A model generated the notes under the pieces. The model saw nothing but the letters and a program-made list of their open reading frames with translations, did not search any database and was not told the DNA's origin. The position numbers were made by a program, and so were the translations under genes. This document shows positions 33,127 to 36,930 of a stretch of 36,930 nt of DNA, in pieces (positions within the stretch are counted from its first letter, which is position 1; each line of letters opens with the position of its first letter). The stretch covers positions 1-36,930 of the IMG/VR virus record IMGVR_UViG_3300032225_000824, one strand, 5' to 3'. Source of the DNA: a virus (Duplodnaviria; Caudoviricetes).

Positions 33127-33509
33127 CCCAGGTAGAATTTCTTGAGGAAAGTGGACTTGTTGAAACAATGTGGCCGACTTTTAAAGATTGGGTACATTGG
33201 TTTGACAATAAAGGACTTATGGCAACCGCAAGATCAAAGGATGGAAATATTCAAGGGGTAATGTTGGCAAGATGTATACCTAAAGGAATAAGCCCAGATC
33301 ATTATGTACACGATGAGTCAGGCGAAGACATATTTGTTGACTTGTGTGCTACTAGTGGTATTAGAAATGCTGAGTTGGTTGATCCACTCAAATGCTTGAT
33401 ATTGATCTTTTTTGATCGATTCGGACCACGCAAGCGAATAACTTTTAAACGGCTCGGAAAACCAAAGGAATATGATTATATGAAGTTTGTAAGAAAGGCG
33501 ATGGTTTAA
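33123..33509 (+). CDS. Hypothetical protein at the T7 gp13/P22 gp14 (GNAT-like) position
   Basis: Lies between nozzle and ejection genes; G.I.GV and FVD motifs. Confidence 0.55.
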   Translation: MTQVEFLEESGLVETMWPTFKDWVHWFDNKGLMATARSKDGNIQGVMLARCIPKGISPDHYVHDESGEDIFVDLCATSGIRNAELVDPLKCLILIFFDRFGPRKRITFKRLGKPKEYDYMKFVRKAMV

Positions 33510-33510
33510 T

Positions 33511-33948
33511 ATGGGAAGTGGTGGCGGAACTCCATCTGCTCCTCCTCCTCCGAATCCTGTGGAGGCAGCAAAGGCTAATAATCTTTATTATAGGTCATCC
33601 CTTGAAACATATCTTCAGACTCAGCCTGAGGTTGCGGATCTTGAACAGCGGATTAGGGAAAAATATGGCCCTCGCCAGCGCGCATTAGATAGGGAAATGG
33701 CAGCTCTTGACTTGCAGAAGTCAGCACTTGCACAGCTCCAGGTTGAACGTGAACAGGGTCCACAAAGGTCGCTTGAGCAAATGAGGAGACAATTTGAACT
33801 TTCTCCAAATGCATTTGCAACACAGCAAGCACTTGGCCAACAGGCTGCACTTCAATTTCAAAGGTTATATGGCACTTCTCCGATGGAAGCTGTTCCACTT
33901 AATGTTCAGAAGAATGCTGGTGTTCCTCCAATCGATTATATTTCTTAA
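33511..33948 (+). CDS. Putative internal virion protein
   Basis: MG.GG..P..PPPP.P N-terminus typical of the first ejection protein; Gln-rich helices. Confidence 0.6.
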   Translation: MGSGGGTPSAPPPPNPVEAAKANNLYYRSSLETYLQTQPEVADLEQRIREKYGPRQRALDREMAALDLQKSALAQLQVEREQGPQRSLEQMRRQFELSPNAFATQQALGQQAALQFQRLYGTSPMEAVPLNVQKNAGVPPIDYIS

Positions 33949-33962
33949 TTTTAAATTTTAAA

Positions 33963-35801
33963 ATGAACGCAAGACAATTATTGGCACTCCAGAATCAGTA
34001 TTTGGCAGCTGGAGTAAAGGATGCATCAAGCTACAAAAATAAGAATGATCTTGATAAGGCATTAATAACTCAAGTATATAATTTAAATCCTTCTGATTAT
34101 TCAGGTAAAAAGGGTTACAATGTTGCAGCAGCACAAGCCCAATATCAATTTGACCTTCCTAAAATTGAGAAATCAACAAAGGCTCCAGAAACATTCTTTG
34201 AGGCTGTAAATAATTATTCTACTGCATTGGCCAATGCACAGAAACTTGGCGCACAAAATATTGGCGCAGCAGATCTTGAGTACCTACAATCCAAAGCAAA
34301 AGAACTAAGGGATTTCAAGTCAAAGGATTTGGGTCAGGCTGCTCTTGATATTATTGATAATTCCCAACTTGCGATTGATGAAATTTTAAAAGTATCAAAT
34401 CAAAAAAAATTAGTAGAGACAAAATCAAAGACTGCCAAAGGCAAAGCAGATATCGGTGTTCTAAATACTGAAAAAGAAAAGCTTCAAAGGGTAACGCAAG
34501 AAGCCAATCAGCGCGCTCCAACGTACATAGAGTCTTTATCCAGATTCAATCTCAGTGACATTACTCCAAATTTAGGCAAGTCATCAACTGCTGCCACAGA
34601 TGTTAACGCTGCCCTTGCAAAGCTAAAATCTGGCGGAGTTGTCCCAACTGGCGGACTTGCTGGTGAACTTAATGTAAATGTAGCAGATCAACAAATTCTT
34701 GACGATATCAATACTGGAACAAAGGCTCAATATAAAAGCTTTTACGATACTGCAACTTCAGCTGCGACCGATCTACAAAGCCAGCTCACCCAAGCAAATC
34801 AATTCATAGCTGGATTGCCAGCTGGAGATAGGCGAAAAATTGATGCGCAGAAAACAGCTGATGACTTATCATCAAAATTGGCACAAGCTCAGAAAGATGC
34901 GCTTGATGCAAAAGATCTTTACGATAACTATAAACCAATTTCTGGTGAAACAGCAACAAAAGCTGTAGCAAATTTTAGAAAGACATTAGTCCTTCCTGAG
35001 GAAAGGACAATGAAGCAGATTGATGCAATTGATCCTACAATTGGTTCAACTGTAAGAACTCTTTCCGATAAATACAAGGCAATGGCGGAAGCTCCAATTG
35101 GAGAAACCACAACCGCGCAAACTGAGGAACTTAGGAATACGATTGAGCAGGAAGCGTTAAATCAATTAAAGCTTGGATCTACACTTGGTGCTGACGAACT
35201 CCGTCAATACCAACAGGCAGCTCGTGCTGCCCAGACTGCTCGCGGTAACATATTTGGTGTTGCGCCTGCCGTTCAGGAAGCAGTGGAAACTGGTGCTGCT
35301 GGAGAGGCTCGCAAGCTTGCAAGATTCGGAGCAGCATCGCAATTTCTTTCTTCAGGTGAAACAACTGGTGCTGCTCAGGCTAGAGATGTTGGGCTTCGCA
35401 ATGCTCTTGAGCAGAGCAGACTTGGCGCAGCACAGCAATTTATTGCGTCTGGTCCTACCTTCTACAATCTTTCATCGCAAAGATTGAAAGATCAACAGAA
35501 CATGTTGAATAATTATTTGGCTGCATCAACCCCCAACACAACTGGTGGATTCACAACAACTCCAACAGCAAATGTTGGATATCAATATGTAAATCCAAAT
35601 GCAGGCTTCCAGGGAGCACAGAATGCTTCCAATATATATGGAACTATGGCTGATATTTATCGCACAGGAACTCAATATGCGCTTGGATCGCAAGGGCAAT
35701 CTGGTGCATCTACATTCGCCCAGATCGCTGGTGGTGCTGGAAATATTCTATCTCCATTTATGAGCGCATTTAAATCATACTCGCTAGGTGGAGCTGTATA
35801 A
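33963..35801 (+). CDS. Putative ejection/DNA-transfer protein, 612 aa
   Basis: Ala/Gln-rich helices, R.AQ.ARGN..G, Gly/Ala-rich hydrophobic C-terminus. Confidence 0.65.
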   Translation: MNARQLLALQNQYLAAGVKDASSYKNKNDLDKALITQVYNLNPSDYSGKKGYNVAAAQAQYQFDLPKIEKSTKAPETFFEAVNNYSTALANAQKLGAQNIGAADLEYLQSKAKELRDFKSKDLGQAALDIIDNSQLAIDEILKVSNQKKLVETKSKTAKGKADIGVLNTEKEKLQRVTQEANQRAPTYIESLSRFNLSDITPNLGKSSTAATDVNAALAKLKSGGVVPTGGLAGELNVNVADQQILDDINTGTKAQYKSFYDTATSAATDLQSQLTQANQFIAGLPAGDRRKIDAQKTADDLSSKLAQAQKDALDAKDLYDNYKPISGETATKAVANFRKTLVLPEERTMKQIDAIDPTIGSTVRTLSDKYKAMAEAPIGETTTAQTEELRNTIEQEALNQLKLGSTLGADELRQYQQAARAAQTARGNIFGVAPAVQEAVETGAAGEARKLARFGAASQFLSSGETTGAAQARDVGLRNALEQSRLGAAQQFIASGPTFYNLSSQRLKDQQNMLNNYLAASTPNTTGGFTTTPTANVGYQYVNPNAGFQGAQNASNIYGTMADIYRTGTQYALGSQGQSGASTFAQIAGGAGNILSPFMSAFKSYSLGGAV

Positions 35802-35802
35802 C

Positions 35803-36930
35803 ATGGCCGATCTAGTTCAGTTCGGACCATTTACTGTTTATAAAAGCCCAGCCTACGAAGAGGCTGTCAGGCAAAAGCAGGCTGATGAAGCTGCAACAAG
35901 GGAATATAATAAAGTAAGGCTTGATTTAACTCGCAATGCGCTTGAGGAAGCCATCCGCAAGCAGGAATACGAAAAGAGTCCAGAGGGTCAAGCTGTACTA
36001 AGGACTGAGATTGATAAAGCAAATCTTGCTGTTGAGAATGCCAGACTTGATAAAGCCAAGAAGGAGCTGGAGCAATTAAAGGCATCTCCTGAATATGCAC
36101 CTGTTGAGGCTGCTCGTTTAAGTGGTCTTAAGAATGAGCTTGAGAATCAACTTGCAACTCAGAATGAGCTTGCTACATCAGCTGGCGAGAGAGTCAAGAA
36201 TCTTCAATCTGCATCAGCCACACTTCCAGAAGGTGTAGCTGGTCCTGTCATGCAAAGGGATATGGCAACTCAAATGATGCGCCCTGCTCTTGAGCTTGAG
36301 GCCGACATGCGCAAGAGAGCAATTGGAACAGAGGCTGCACAGGCTGCGACTAATAGGCAGCTTGGAGAGTTGGTTGGAACGCTTCCAGTGCCAGAAGGAT
36401 TGGGGGGCGGAACAGTTCCATCAACAGCGAATATCGGATCAATATATCAGCAGAGATTAGAGCAGCTGGTTCCGATGAAAGCCAAGGCGATATCTTATAT
36501 TAATTCATTTCCAGAAGGCTCACCAGAACGCATGGCTGCCGAGCAGACGATTGGGAAAATGTCTGGATACGAAGATGCGCAGACAAAAAAGATCGCTCAG
36601 AATGCACTCAAGATCCCTGGACTTGAGGGAATGGCAAGCAGCGAGAAATCTGCAAATGAAGTTCGAGGACTTGTTCCAAACTTTGTTTCCTCTGTTGGAG
36701 GAATTGATGAGCTTCTTGATCTTGGCAATCAAGTGCGAACAAGTGATGTATATGGAAGAGCAAAACTTATGGCTCGCGCAGATGCAGTTAGGACAGCTCT
36801 TGCTGGACAAATGCGTATTGCAATTGGCGGACCTGGCACAATGACGCAGGAAGATAGGAATGTGTTGATGACAGCAATCGCAGATCCTACTGCTGTTATT
36901 AACTTTGCTGCACCAGAAAGACTTGGCGAG
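35803..36930 (+). CDS. Putative internal virion/ejection protein, N-terminal part (continues to stop at 351; not in ORF track)
   Basis: ATG 35803 (MADLVQFGPF...), 1 nt after the previous stop, with GGAG upstream; open to the window end and in frame with 1-351. Confidence 0.8.
   Translation, partial: MADLVQFGPFTVYKSPAYEEAVRQKQADEAATREYNKVRLDLTRNALEEAIRKQEYEKSPEGQAVLRTEIDKANLAVENARLDKAKKELEQLKASPEYAPVEAARLSGLKNELENQLATQNELATSAGERVKNLQSASATLPEGVAGPVMQRDMATQMMRPALELEADMRKRAIGTEAAQAATNRQLGELVGTLPVPEGLGGGTVPSTANIGSIYQQRLEQLVPMKAKAISYINSFPEGSPERMAAEQTIGKMSGYEDAQTKKIAQNALKIPGLEGMASSEKSANEVRGLVPNFVSSVGGIDELLDLGNQVRTSDVYGRAKLMARADAVRTALAGQMRIAIGGPGTMTQEDRNVLMTAIADPTAVINFAAPERLGE
36808..36930. repeat. 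Terminal direct repeat, right copy
   Basis: Identical to 1-123. Confidence 0.97.

Noticed and set aside
36808-36930. 123-bp repeat as a biological terminal repeat or att site
   Set aside because: It falls mid-gene and is best explained as assembler overlap of a circular or permuted genome.
1-36930. Alternative genetic code or introns/inteins in core genes
   Set aside because: Genes tile densely under the standard code with TAA, TAG and TGA all used as stops; TerL, portal, capsid and helicase have ordinary lengths.

Overview
This window is a complete, circularly permuted dsDNA tailed-phage genome of 36,807 bp; positions 1-123 are identical to 36808-36930 and one ORF reads through the junction. 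It has podovirus-type architecture: TerS/TerL, P22-like portal, scaffold, N4-gp56-family capsid, adaptor/nozzle, an S74-chaperoned fibre and ejection-protein-like genes. Replication genes are Hjc-like resolvase, SSB, exonuclease, AEP primase and an SF4/AAA_25 helicase. I found no DNA polymerase, integrase, repressor, tRNA or CRISPR. Main points: (1) an AT-richer cassette of TGT/DpdA-fold protein + QueD + nucleoside deoxyribosyltransferase-like protein, next to a DUF5664-like dNTP diphosphohydrolase and lacking FolE/QueE/QueC, which is a candidate non-canonical base-exchange DNA modification system; (2) a C5 cytosine methyltransferase whose motif IX/TRD appears to lie in a nested +1 frame (M.EcoHK31I-like); (3) seven likely transcription units with a -10 box 6-7 nt before ATG (leaderless mRNAs); (4) several structured-RNA candidates; (5) one small beta-domain inserted into three different virion proteins. 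All calls come from motif recognition by eye; no database search was run.
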